This document shows positions 39,284 to 47,794 of a stretch of 64,000 nucleotides of DNA, in pieces. The notes beneath the pieces are model-generated. The model was not told the origin of the DNA and did not search any database. It saw nothing but the letters and a program-made list of their open reading frames with translations. The position numbers and the translations under genes were made by a program. Source of the stretch: a bacterium (lineage in GTDB: Bacteria > UBA8248); assembly GCA_965200245.1 (NCBI GenBank), contig CBDATS010000004.1:832001-896000 (forward strand). The letters run 5' to 3'. The first letter of the stretch is position 1. Every line of letters starts with the position of its first letter.

Positions 39284-40069
39284 TCAAATCGCTTTCAGCC
39301 TTCCTCCGTCTACCGCGAATACGCCGCCTGAGATGTAGCTCGCCTCGGGCGAGGCAAGAAACGCCACTATCGCGCCGAACTCCTCGGGCTCTCCCAGACG
39401 ACCCAGCGGCACCTCGCGTTCCACACGGGCGACCGATTCCTCGAAAGTGATGCCCAGACGCTTCGCCAGCGACCGGCGGCCATGTAGCCCGCGTTCGGTT
39501 TTGATGACGCCGGGAATAACCACGTTCACGAGAATGCCCTCCCCGCCCAGGGAACGCGAGAGCGACTTCGCGAAACCGGCCACGGCGGGGCGCATGACGT
39601 TCGAGAGCAGAAGGTCGTCTATCGGCTCGCGCACGGAACTCGAAAGAATGAACAGGATCCTCCCGCCGCCGCGCCCCCGCATTCGCGGAAGCGCTTCGCG
39701 CACGAGACGCACCGCGCTCATGACGCTCAGTTCAAAGGCGTTGAACCAGGCGTCGTCCCCGAATTCCTCGAACACGCCGCGTGGCGGGCCTCCCGCGTTC
39801 GAGACGAGCACATCCACACCATTGAAATGTTCCGCCGCCCCGTGAACAAACTTGCGCACACCCTCGGTCGTGCTCACGTCCGCCGCACAATACCAAGTTT
39901 TCACCCCCGCTTCGCGTGCGATGTCCGCAGCCGCCTCGGCACAGGCGGCCTCATCGCGCGCGCAGATGGCGACATCAGCGCCTCTCATCGCCATCTTGAG
40001 CGCAGAGGCACGGCCCAGACCCTTGCTGCCCGCCGCCACGAGGGCGACCTTGCCTTCCATGTCTCTCAT
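39284..40069 (-). CDS. SDR family oxidoreductase (3-oxoacyl-ACP reductase-like)
   Basis: VAAGSKGLG, VSNAGGPP, LSNVMR (atypical YxxxK), PLGRLGEPEEF, VDGG. Confidence 0.88.
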   Translation of the reverse strand: MRDMEGKVALVAAGSKGLGRASALKMAMRGADVAICARDEAACAEAAADIAREAGVKTWYCAADVSTTEGVRKFVHGAAEHFNGVDVLVSNAGGPPRGVFEEFGDDAWFNAFELSVMSAVRLVREALPRMRGRGGGRILFILSSSVREPIDDLLLSNVMRPAVAGFAKSLSRSLGGEGILVNVVIPGVIKTERGLHGRRSLAKRLGITFEESVARVEREVPLGRLGEPEEFGAIVAFLASPEASYISGGVFAVDGGRLKAI

Positions 40070-40414
40070 TCGCCGTCTCTCCGATCGTGCCCGCCCTCTT
40101 GAGGAGCGGGCGAAAAAAGCGCGTGCCATCCTGCGTAATCAGGTCACGTCATATCCGCCGGTATAACCCACCCGCCCCGCGGTCCACAATCGCCACGTCA
40201 TCCCTGCTCGTCTGAAGAAAACCACGCATTTTCGGGCAGACTCATCCACCAATCCTCATTTCCAGCAGCTTCATGCCTCGCTTCCCGCGAAAGCGGGATG
40301 GATTCTCGCACCGAAATGAGCGATAATGATATTCTTGAATATCAGGAACGATCTTCAGGTGTCACGGTTCCATGGAATCGGGAGCATAACTTTTCTCATC
40401 CAGGGGGTAAGCAG

Positions 40415-41389
40415 ATGAAAATCTCTCGCATCTTTTGTGCCGTTCTGATAGTTGTTTTCGCAGCCGCAGTGCAGCTGCAACCTGCTTCCGCCGCCTATCC
40501 CGACAAGCCGATTCAGTTCATCATTCCCTTCGGCGCGGGCGGCGGTGCGGACATCGAGGGGCGCCTGCTCGCCAAGGGTATGGCGAAGGTGCTCGGCGTT
40601 CCCGTGGTGGCCATCAACAAGCCGGGCGCGGGCGGTGCCGTCACCTACACGTTCGTCAAGAACTCCAAACCCGACGGCTATACCGTGGCATGGAACTCCA
40701 CTTCCATCCTCACCTCCACGAACATCGGCAACGTGCCATGGGACTACACGGCGCTCGATCACATCGGTCGGGTCCACTTCCAGCCCCTCGTAATGGCGGT
40801 AAACGCCAATTCGAAGTGGAAGACGGCGAAGGACTTCGTGGCGGACTGCAAGAAAAAGCCGAACACACTCAAAATCGGCCACGCAGGCACCGGCAGCACC
40901 ACGCATCTCACGGCCGTCATTTTCACGAGCATGACGGGATGCAAAGCCATTCTCGTTCCCCTAGGCGTCAAGCGCCGCAATGCGGCACTCCTGAGCGGCG
41001 AGGTCGACGCGATGGGCGCGCCTCTCACGGGTGCAATTCGCCTGGCGAAAGCGGACAAGTTCCGCATCATCACCCACATCACCGGCAAGCGGAACCCGGC
41101 GATCGCGGACGTGCCAACCATGAAGGAACTCGGCCACGACATCTCCTTCGACCATTTCCGCGGCCTCAGCGTGCCGAAGGGAACACCCGCCGCAGTGAAG
41201 GCGAAACTCGTGGACGCCATGACGAAGGCCGCCAACTCGGATGCCTTCAAGAAGCTGGCCAAAACGAAAGGCTTCACGATCGACCCGAGCGGACCAAAAG
41301 CGTTCGGCGAAATGCTCGCCAAGCGCGACAAGATTGTCGCCAATATCATGAAATCCACGGGGATATACAAATCCAAGAAGAAGAAATAG
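40415..41389 (+). CDS. tctC: Tripartite tricarboxylate transporter substrate-binding protein (TctC/Bug)
   Basis: Signal peptide, YPDKPIQFIIPFGAGGGAD, NKPGAGG, KPDGYT, DVPTMKELG, VPKGTP. Confidence 0.92.
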   Translation: MKISRIFCAVLIVVFAAAVQLQPASAAYPDKPIQFIIPFGAGGGADIEGRLLAKGMAKVLGVPVVAINKPGAGGAVTYTFVKNSKPDGYTVAWNSTSILTSTNIGNVPWDYTALDHIGRVHFQPLVMAVNANSKWKTAKDFVADCKKKPNTLKIGHAGTGSTTHLTAVIFTSMTGCKAILVPLGVKRRNAALLSGEVDAMGAPLTGAIRLAKADKFRIITHITGKRNPAIADVPTMKELGHDISFDHFRGLSVPKGTPAAVKAKLVDAMTKAANSDAFKKLAKTKGFTIDPSGPKAFGEMLAKRDKIVANIMKSTGIYKSKKKK

Positions 41390-41419
41390 GACAGGATCGC
41401 CAGTCGTGTGAAAGTATGG

Positions 41420-41457
41420 AGGCCGCCTTTCTCTGACGGGGAGGCGGCCTTCTTTTT
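41420..41457 (+). terminator. Stem-loop/partial terminator after tctC
   Basis: AGGCCGCCTT...GAGGCGGCCT followed by TCTTTTT. Confidence 0.55.
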
Positions 41458-41491
41458 CGAGTCGTTTTCATCTCCTTCGGACGGATTCGGG

Positions 41492-41974
41492 ATGGGTTTG
41501 CGAAACATAGTCGGCGGAGTGGTCATCCTCGGTTTTACGTTCTACTACGGCGGCCTCGCCACTCTGCTGCCGAAGCGCACCACGACCGACGCACCGGGAC
41601 CCCATTTTTTTCCCTACCTGATCTCCATCTCGATTATCTTCCTCACCGCGATGCTCCTTCTCCAGGGTGTGAGAGGACTCAAGGGCTCCGGCGGCCTCGC
41701 CGACCTGAGGCCCGAAAAACCTTCGGGAAACCAGAATTTCAGCATCGCCCGTGCAGCAGCCGGCCTGCTGCTGACGGGGCTTTACTTCTTCGCGCTTTCG
41801 ATGTTCGGGTTCTTCTGGTCCACGCCCGTCTTTTTCGCCGCGCTGATGTGGACCTCGGGCGAGCGCCGTCCACTGGTTCTGCTCGGGCTGGCGATAACCG
41901 TCCCCCTGTTCCTGTTCTTCCTGTTCCGCGATCTGTTTCAACTTCCCCTGCCGAGGGGAAGTTTCCTGGGATGA
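41492..41974 (+). CDS. tctB: Tripartite tricarboxylate transporter small permease TctB
   Basis: 4-5 TMs, PGPHFFP, FQLPLPRG. Lies between tctC and tctA. Confidence 0.85.
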   Translation: MGLRNIVGGVVILGFTFYYGGLATLLPKRTTTDAPGPHFFPYLISISIIFLTAMLLLQGVRGLKGSGGLADLRPEKPSGNQNFSIARAAAGLLLTGLYFFALSMFGFFWSTPVFFAALMWTSGERRPLVLLGLAITVPLFLFFLFRDLFQLPLPRGSFLG

Positions 41975-41980
41975 CGCCAC

Positions 41981-43489
41981 GTGAACGGTGACCTGATTCA
42001 GGGGTTCTACCTCGCCCTCGCGCCGACGAGCATACTGGCCACCGCTCTGGGCGCGCTCCACGGCCTCATATGCGGGATGATGCCGGGGCTGACGACGAGC
42101 GCCGGCATCATAATCCTGTTTCCGGTCACCTTCATCCTGGAACCGACAACCGCCGTGGCACTCCTGCTGGGCGTCTTCGCGGGCGGAATGACGGGGGGGA
42201 GTTTCGCAGCGATTCTTATCAACATACCCGGCTCGCCCTCTGCCTCGGCCACCACGGTGGACGGCTATCCTCTCACCCGGAAGGGAGAAGCCGGGCGGGC
42301 GCTGGGCGTTTCCATCATTTCGAGTTTCACGGGCGGTCTCTTCAGTTTCTGCTGCCTTTTGCTCATCGCTCCCCAACTCACGAAAGTGGCCCTTCAGTTC
42401 CGCGCGGCCGACCTGTTCGGACTGGTCTTTTTCGGGATGTCCGTCATATCCGCATTTGCCGCCAAATCGCTCATCAAGGGTCTCCTGTCCACATTCCTGG
42501 GCCTGATGATCGTGACGGTAGGGATGGACCCGCTCGTGGGTACCGCGCGCTTCACCTTCGGCGACGCGAACATGCTCGCGGGTATCCACTTCATTCCCGC
42601 ACTCGTGGGTCTGTTCGCCATTCCGGAGATTGTGTCGAACCTGGCGGAGGGGAACATACGCTCGGTCGCCTCGCGGTTCGGCCGTGTGTTTCCGAGTTGG
42701 GCGGATATCAAGAAAATCCGGCTCCCGGTGGCCATCGGCTCCATCGTGGGCACTTTTATCGGCATTCTCCCCGGCGCGGGCGGCCCGATAGCCGTCTTCG
42801 TGAGCTACGACTACGCCCAGAAGGTCAGCAAGGAGCCCGAGCAATTCGGAAAGGGCTGCGTGGAGGGAGTCGCCGCGCCCGAATCGGCGAACAGTTCCAT
42901 CGCGGGCGGTGCGCTCATTCCCATGATGACGCTGGGAATTCCCGGCGATCCGATAACCGCAATCCTGATCGGCGCCCTGCTCGTCCACGGCATGGCGCCG
43001 GGGCCGCTTCTTTTTGTGGAGCAGGGGCCGTTCGCTTTTTCCGTGCTCTTCTCGTATTTCATCGCGATTTGCAGCACGGCGACGGTCGCATTCCTGGGGC
43101 TGCGTGTCATCGTGAAGCTGTTGTCCATCCCCCGATCACTTCTTTTACCGATCATCGTCGCCCTTTGCGTACTGGGAACATACGCGCTCAGGAATTCGTT
43201 CTTCGACATCTACGTCATGTTCTTTTTCGGTCTCGTGGCGCTTTCTTTCAAATGGCTCGATATCCCGGTCGTTCCCATGCTTCTCGCGCTCGTGCTGGGA
43301 CGCCAACTCGAGGAGCACCTGCGGGTTGCCCTGGCCTCGTCAAAAGGCGACATCTCGATTTTCTTCACCTCGCCGTGGTGTCTGTTTTTCCTGTGCCTGT
43401 CGGTGATCTCTTTCGCCTGGCCGTTCTTTCTCGAGTGGAAAGTAAAGAACAAGGCACTCAAGGAGGCGTCCGCGTCTACTTCGGCATAG
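41981..43489 (+). CDS. tctA: Tripartite tricarboxylate transporter large permease TctA
   Basis: GMMPGL, ILINIPGSP, TVDGYP, GILPGAG, APESANS, TLGIPGD. Confidence 0.92.
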   Translation: MNGDLIQGFYLALAPTSILATALGALHGLICGMMPGLTTSAGIIILFPVTFILEPTTAVALLLGVFAGGMTGGSFAAILINIPGSPSASATTVDGYPLTRKGEAGRALGVSIISSFTGGLFSFCCLLLIAPQLTKVALQFRAADLFGLVFFGMSVISAFAAKSLIKGLLSTFLGLMIVTVGMDPLVGTARFTFGDANMLAGIHFIPALVGLFAIPEIVSNLAEGNIRSVASRFGRVFPSWADIKKIRLPVAIGSIVGTFIGILPGAGGPIAVFVSYDYAQKVSKEPEQFGKGCVEGVAAPESANSSIAGGALIPMMTLGIPGDPITAILIGALLVHGMAPGPLLFVEQGPFAFSVLFSYFIAICSTATVAFLGLRVIVKLLSIPRSLLLPIIVALCVLGTYALRNSFFDIYVMFFFGLVALSFKWLDIPVVPMLLALVLGRQLEEHLRVALASSKGDISIFFTSPWCLFFLCLSVISFAWPFFLEWKVKNKALKEASASTSA

Positions 43490-43625
43490 AAAACAGATGT
43501 TCGCCAGGAGATGGAGAATCCAGGTGACCAAGTGGATTTCCACGTGACTGAAAAAGAGGCTGCGCAGACAATAACGGCCAAATCGTCGAAAACCCGTTTT
43601 TGAGAGAATAGGAGAACGACAAACC

Positions 43626-44762
43626 ATGAAGCGCAGTATCGAGAGAATACTCACGACCCACACGGGGAGCCTGCCGCGTCCTCAGGAGGTGGTTGACTTG
43701 CTGCTGGCCCAGGAGGAGGGCGGCGCGGATTCCGATGCTTTCGAGGCCGTCGTGGCGCGTGCGATAGAAGATGTCGTCGAGAAACAGGCGGAGGCGGGTC
43801 TCGACGTGATCAACGACGGCGAGCAGGGCCGGCCCGATTATACCTCCCACGTCAAGCACAGGCTGACGGGTTATGAGGGACCGAGTTCACCCCCGCTTGG
43901 CACGGGTGACGAAAGCTTTCCCGAACTGGCCGAAATACTCTCCCAATTCGCCTCGCCCCTCCAGAACCGCCCGGCCTGTTCAGGCCCCATGGGGTGGAAG
44001 GACTGGCCCGCCGCCCAAGCGGACATCGAGCACGCGAAAAGTGTCCTCGGCCGCACCGACATAGAAGAGGCGTTCATGACCTCTCCCTCGCCGGGCCAGA
44101 TTTCGCGGTATCTCAGGAACCTCCACTATCCGAGTGAAGAAGAATACATATTCGCGCTCGCCGAAGTGATGCGTCGCGAGTACGAAGCAATCGTGGACGC
44201 GGGCCTGCTTCTTCAACTCGACTGCCCGGACCTCGCGCTGAGCCGCCATACCGTGTTTCGCAACCTGAGCCTCACGGATTTCCGAAAGGAAATCGAGATG
44301 CACATCGGAGCCCTGAACCACGCGGTGCGCAATATCGCACCAGAGCGCATGCGCATGCACATCTGCTGGGGCAGCACGCTGGGGCCGCATCATGAGGACG
44401 TTCCCTTGAAGGACATCATCGACGTCGTGCTGAAGGGAAAGCCCTGCGCCGTCTCGTTCCCCGGCGCGAATCCGCGCCACGGCCACGAATGGAAGGTGTG
44501 GCACGAAATCGACCTGCCCGAGGGCATGAGCATCATTCCCGGCGTGATCGATTCGACCTCCAATTTCGTCGAGCATCCAGAACTGGTGGCCGATCGCATC
44601 GTGAACTACGCCGAAGCGGTCGGGCGCGAGAACATTATCGCCGGCGTCGACTGCGGTTTCGGCACCTTCGCGGGCCGCGTGCAGGTGGACCGCCGCATCG
44701 TATGGATGAAGATGGCCTCCCTCGCCGAGGGAGCAGCACTGGCGTCGAAGCGTCTCTGGTAG
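43626..44762 (+). CDS. Cobalamin-independent methionine synthase II-like (MetE C-terminal domain) protein
   Basis: TTHTGSLPRP, DVINDGEQ, LQLDCPDLA, HICWG, PGVID, VEHPELVA, DCGF. Confidence 0.88.
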   Translation: MKRSIERILTTHTGSLPRPQEVVDLLLAQEEGGADSDAFEAVVARAIEDVVEKQAEAGLDVINDGEQGRPDYTSHVKHRLTGYEGPSSPPLGTGDESFPELAEILSQFASPLQNRPACSGPMGWKDWPAAQADIEHAKSVLGRTDIEEAFMTSPSPGQISRYLRNLHYPSEEEYIFALAEVMRREYEAIVDAGLLLQLDCPDLALSRHTVFRNLSLTDFRKEIEMHIGALNHAVRNIAPERMRMHICWGSTLGPHHEDVPLKDIIDVVLKGKPCAVSFPGANPRHGHEWKVWHEIDLPEGMSIIPGVIDSTSNFVEHPELVADRIVNYAEAVGRENIIAGVDCGFGTFAGRVQVDRRIVWMKMASLAEGAALASKRLW

Positions 44763-45057
44763 GACGGTGGGCGTCGTGTAAGCGGTGCGACGTTTCGAGT
44801 CTGGCTAACAAGGTGTTTCCAGACAGAGTGGCGGATACGGTTTCCTTCCTCGAATTATCCTTTCACGACTGAAAAGCACAAAGTTCACACTTCGCCATCC
44901 GAGCGTTAGAGAACAACGTTCGTTCCCGAAACGGAAGTCAACTCATAGAATCTCCCCACCGGTGAGATGCGCCTCCCGCCGTGCTCACACTCTTCCCGTC
45001 AAATGGAGCTTTTCATTAAAATTGTGAGAAATTTTTTCAAATAATGCGCCAAAATCG

Positions 45058-45089
45058 TTGACAAAATCCGATATTAGCCTATATATAAT
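45058..45089 (+). promoter_or_regulatory. Sigma70-type promoter of hsp20
   Basis: TTGACA at 45058-63 followed by TATATATAAT at 45080-89. Confidence 0.6.
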
Positions 45090-45097
45090 GATTATAA

Positions 45098-45138
45098 TAA
45101 TAAATAATATTAGTGTTACTAACTAATATTATTTATTA
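45098..45138. promoter_or_regulatory. Perfect 17-bp inverted repeat, candidate heat-shock repressor operator
   Basis: TAATAAATAATATTAGT-gttacta-ACTAATATTATTTATTA immediately downstream of the promoter. Confidence 0.7.
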
Positions 45139-45210
45139 AGCAGCCGCTAGGAATGAAAAACGGGGAAACAGATTCCCTAAAAATCACATTCACCCAAGGG
45201 AGGATTCAAA

Positions 45211-45627
45211 ATGCCCAATCTGATGAGACCTGCTTCGATTCACGACGTTTTCAGCCGTATGCTGGAGGATTCCCTGGCCAGGCCATTCAGCAATGACACC
45301 GAGGAGGGAATTCTGCCCATCGACATCGCGCAGACGGACAAGGACGTTGTGGTGCGCGCTTCGCTTCCGGGGTACGAGAAGGAAGACATCGATCTCAGGA
45401 TCGAGAAGGGCGTGCTCTCTATCAAGGCAACGAAACAAAAAACAAGTGAAGTCGAAGACAAGAAATATTACCGTCGCGAGCGCTTCATGGGCTCCGTGAG
45501 CCGGCGCATCATGCTGCCCGGCATCGTGCAGAGCGACGCATCGAGCGCGGAACTTGTAGACGGCGTACTCACGCTGCGCGTGCCCATCGCCCAGGCGAAC
45601 AAGCCCAAACAGATCCTGATCAACTAG
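45211..45627 (+). CDS. Hsp20/alpha-crystallin small heat-shock protein
   Basis: LPIDI, ASLPG..KEDIDL, YYRRERFMGSVSRRIMLP, DGVLTLRVP. RBS GGAGG. Confidence 0.93.
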   Translation: MPNLMRPASIHDVFSRMLEDSLARPFSNDTEEGILPIDIAQTDKDVVVRASLPGYEKEDIDLRIEKGVLSIKATKQKTSEVEDKKYYRRERFMGSVSRRIMLPGIVQSDASSAELVDGVLTLRVPIAQANKPKQILIN

Positions 45628-45643
45628 CAGAACCCGGCCGGTT

Positions 45644-45668
45644 GGCCCCCGGCACTGCGCCGGGGGCC
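45644..45668. terminator. GC-rich hairpin between convergent hsp20 and prpD-like genes
   Basis: GGCCCCCGGC-ACTGC-GCCGGGGGCC; no U-tract. Confidence 0.45.
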
Positions 45669-45688
45669 GCCGCACGGTCCGGAAAGCC

Positions 45689-46918
45689 TCACGCTTCCGC
45701 CACTGTGAGGCGAATGAGCTTTTCCACCCCTTCTTGCGTTTCCATCGTACGACAGGTTTCGATAATTTCCTGATAACGAATCTCCGGCACGGGCAGACCG
45801 GAAGCGATCCCGCCCATGCGCTTCGCCAACTCCTCGAAGCCGAAGATGAACTCCCGTCCGGTAGCCTGCCTGGTGAAGACGCCGCGTTCTTTCGTATGGA
45901 TGCTCACCCTGGGAGCGAAAAGGCCCATTTGATGGGAGGGAATGATCCGCACGCGCTCCATCATCTCGAGCACCTCGGGCGGGTCGTCCTGGCCTGGCGA
46001 CTCGTTCAGGAGCGGATAACCTCGCTTCACAACACCGAAAGCCGCGTAGTAGTGCGTGCTCCCCGGCCTCGGCGCGCCGTCCTCGCGACGGTTCGCGAAA
46101 GCGGGGCTCGGATACTGCGTCTCCAGCCAGTTCACGATGGTCTCTACGCGCTCGACCTCTTCAATGCGGATATCGTTCTCCTCACAAAGCATCGCCGTCA
46201 CTTCGATATGTGAGAGGTTGTAGCCCGAGGTGGAATAGATGCGAAACAGTGTTTCGAGAAAGAACCACTCCTGCCCAAGACCCTCGGTGATTCTCTCCAC
46301 ACTCGTTCTCGTATCGCCCGTGAAGCTATAAGTCAGACGGCCTGAATTGTTTCCGGCATAGGCGTGGTAGAAACCGGCTTCTCCCTCGAGCACCGTCTCC
46401 CCGCCGACGTGACCCCGCCTGGCGAGTTCCGCCGCCAACAAGGCGTTTCGCACCGCAGCGCCTTCCCTGAGTGCCTGCCCGCCGCTGCGCGGACCCTCGA
46501 GGTTCCCGCTTGCGAGACTCGCGCAGAGCGCGATCGCGCTGTTCATCCGATCCTCGTCCAGTCCCATAATTTTCCCGGCGGCGACAGCGGCGGGGATGAT
46601 GCTCGTTCCCGGATGGGTCAGCATACGGAACGTATCCCACTTGCCACCCGCCAGGGCCATTTCCGCGTTCGCGAAAGCGGCACCTTCTTTCGTCGCCCCC
46701 TTTCCACTCACCATGATCGTCGCACCTGCACGAACGCCCGCCTCTTCTTCAGTGATGAGGGCGACGGCCCTCCGCCCGTCGTCCGTCCGGGAGCCCAAAA
46801 GAGCGGAGGAGACGGCTTGCAAAACAACACCCCTGGCGCGGTCGACGACACGTGGGGGCATATCTTCAAAGCGAAGCCCCGTCGCCCATCTTGCGAGCCT
46901 GCGGCTTAAGGACGGCAT
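45689..46918 (-). pseudogene. MmgE/PrpD family protein with apparent in-frame internal deletion
   Basis: PrpD-like N-terminus, LTHPGTSIIPAA, LEGEAGFY. IIPAA runs straight into VAAGKIMGLDE, about 50 aa shorter than the equivalent span of the 23008 paralog. Confidence 0.6.
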
Positions 46919-47665
46919 GGGAACAGCTTTTCCGGAACAAACGGCCCCACGGCCTGCTGGTAATTAACGAAGGAGGTGAGCATCGAAAGAACAATCTCTT
47001 GAATTCGAGTGAAACCAAATGGATACGGCAATGTAACCGAAACCTGAAATTCCCGCAAAGAAACCTCTGTATTTCCACTCTTTCAATGAAATATCCTGGG
47101 AATAATCAGGAAAACTGGGCAAACGACTTCCTCAAATACTCTCCATACTCACCTTCCGAAAAGCATGGATACCCGATAGCACCGGTATTTATCTCAAAAG
47201 GAGAAACGATGAAACGCCTGCCGTGAAACAAATCACAGGGAACCTGCTTGACGATTTGAAAAACCACAAAAAGGAAATGTAGAAAACAAAATCCACCAGA
47301 AGCCGTCTTTGAGTTTGCAGACAAGCATCATGAAATGGTTTCGGATGAATTGCCGTATATTGCTGATGAGTGGATGAACCGTGAATCGCAACAAGGATAC
47401 TCCCGGTCCAATTCATAACCCCATGTTTGCCAATCGAATTGCTCGAAAGGAAATCAAAAGACTACGGCTATCGCTCCGGTAATTTATTCTCGATTCTTCC
47501 AGGTGTATCAAGAACCCGATCTTCGGGAATTGGCCGGAAATACTTCAGAATCTCTACCAGTGGAAGCCTTCACTTTTTTCTCCCGGACATGATTCGTAAC
47601 CGGAAGCCTTGAACTGCTTGACGAAACACTTCATTCCCGGCGATCATACCCTTGAAGACACTGGC

Positions 47666-47716
47666 AAAAAAGGGGTCGCCTCCCCTTCTCCCCCACGGAG
47701 CAGGGGAGGCGACCCC
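47666..47716 (-). terminator. Intrinsic terminator of the lipoprotein gene
   Basis: 15-bp stem GGGGTCGCCTCCCCT / AGGGGAGGCGACCCC with A6 on the + strand left side (U6 on minus). Confidence 0.75.
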
Positions 47717-47794
47717 CGACACGGCTGGCCGGGTTACGGGAGGTTCGGAGGAATCAATTCTTCGCCTTTCCGTATCCGGCCAGTCGCCCTTTAC

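Noticed and set aside
40283-40299. REP-like hairpin TTCCCGCGAAAGCGGGA
   Set aside because: Only one copy noticed in the window and no RAYT transposase, so a repeat family cannot be claimed.
45098-45138. CIRCE element
   Set aside because: Only TTAG...CTAA matches; arms and spacing differ from TTAGCACTC-N9-GAGTGCTAA.
46930-47640. AT-richer segment with short ORFs
   Set aside because: Likely foreign remnant, but no motif, TIR or coherent ORF could be supported.
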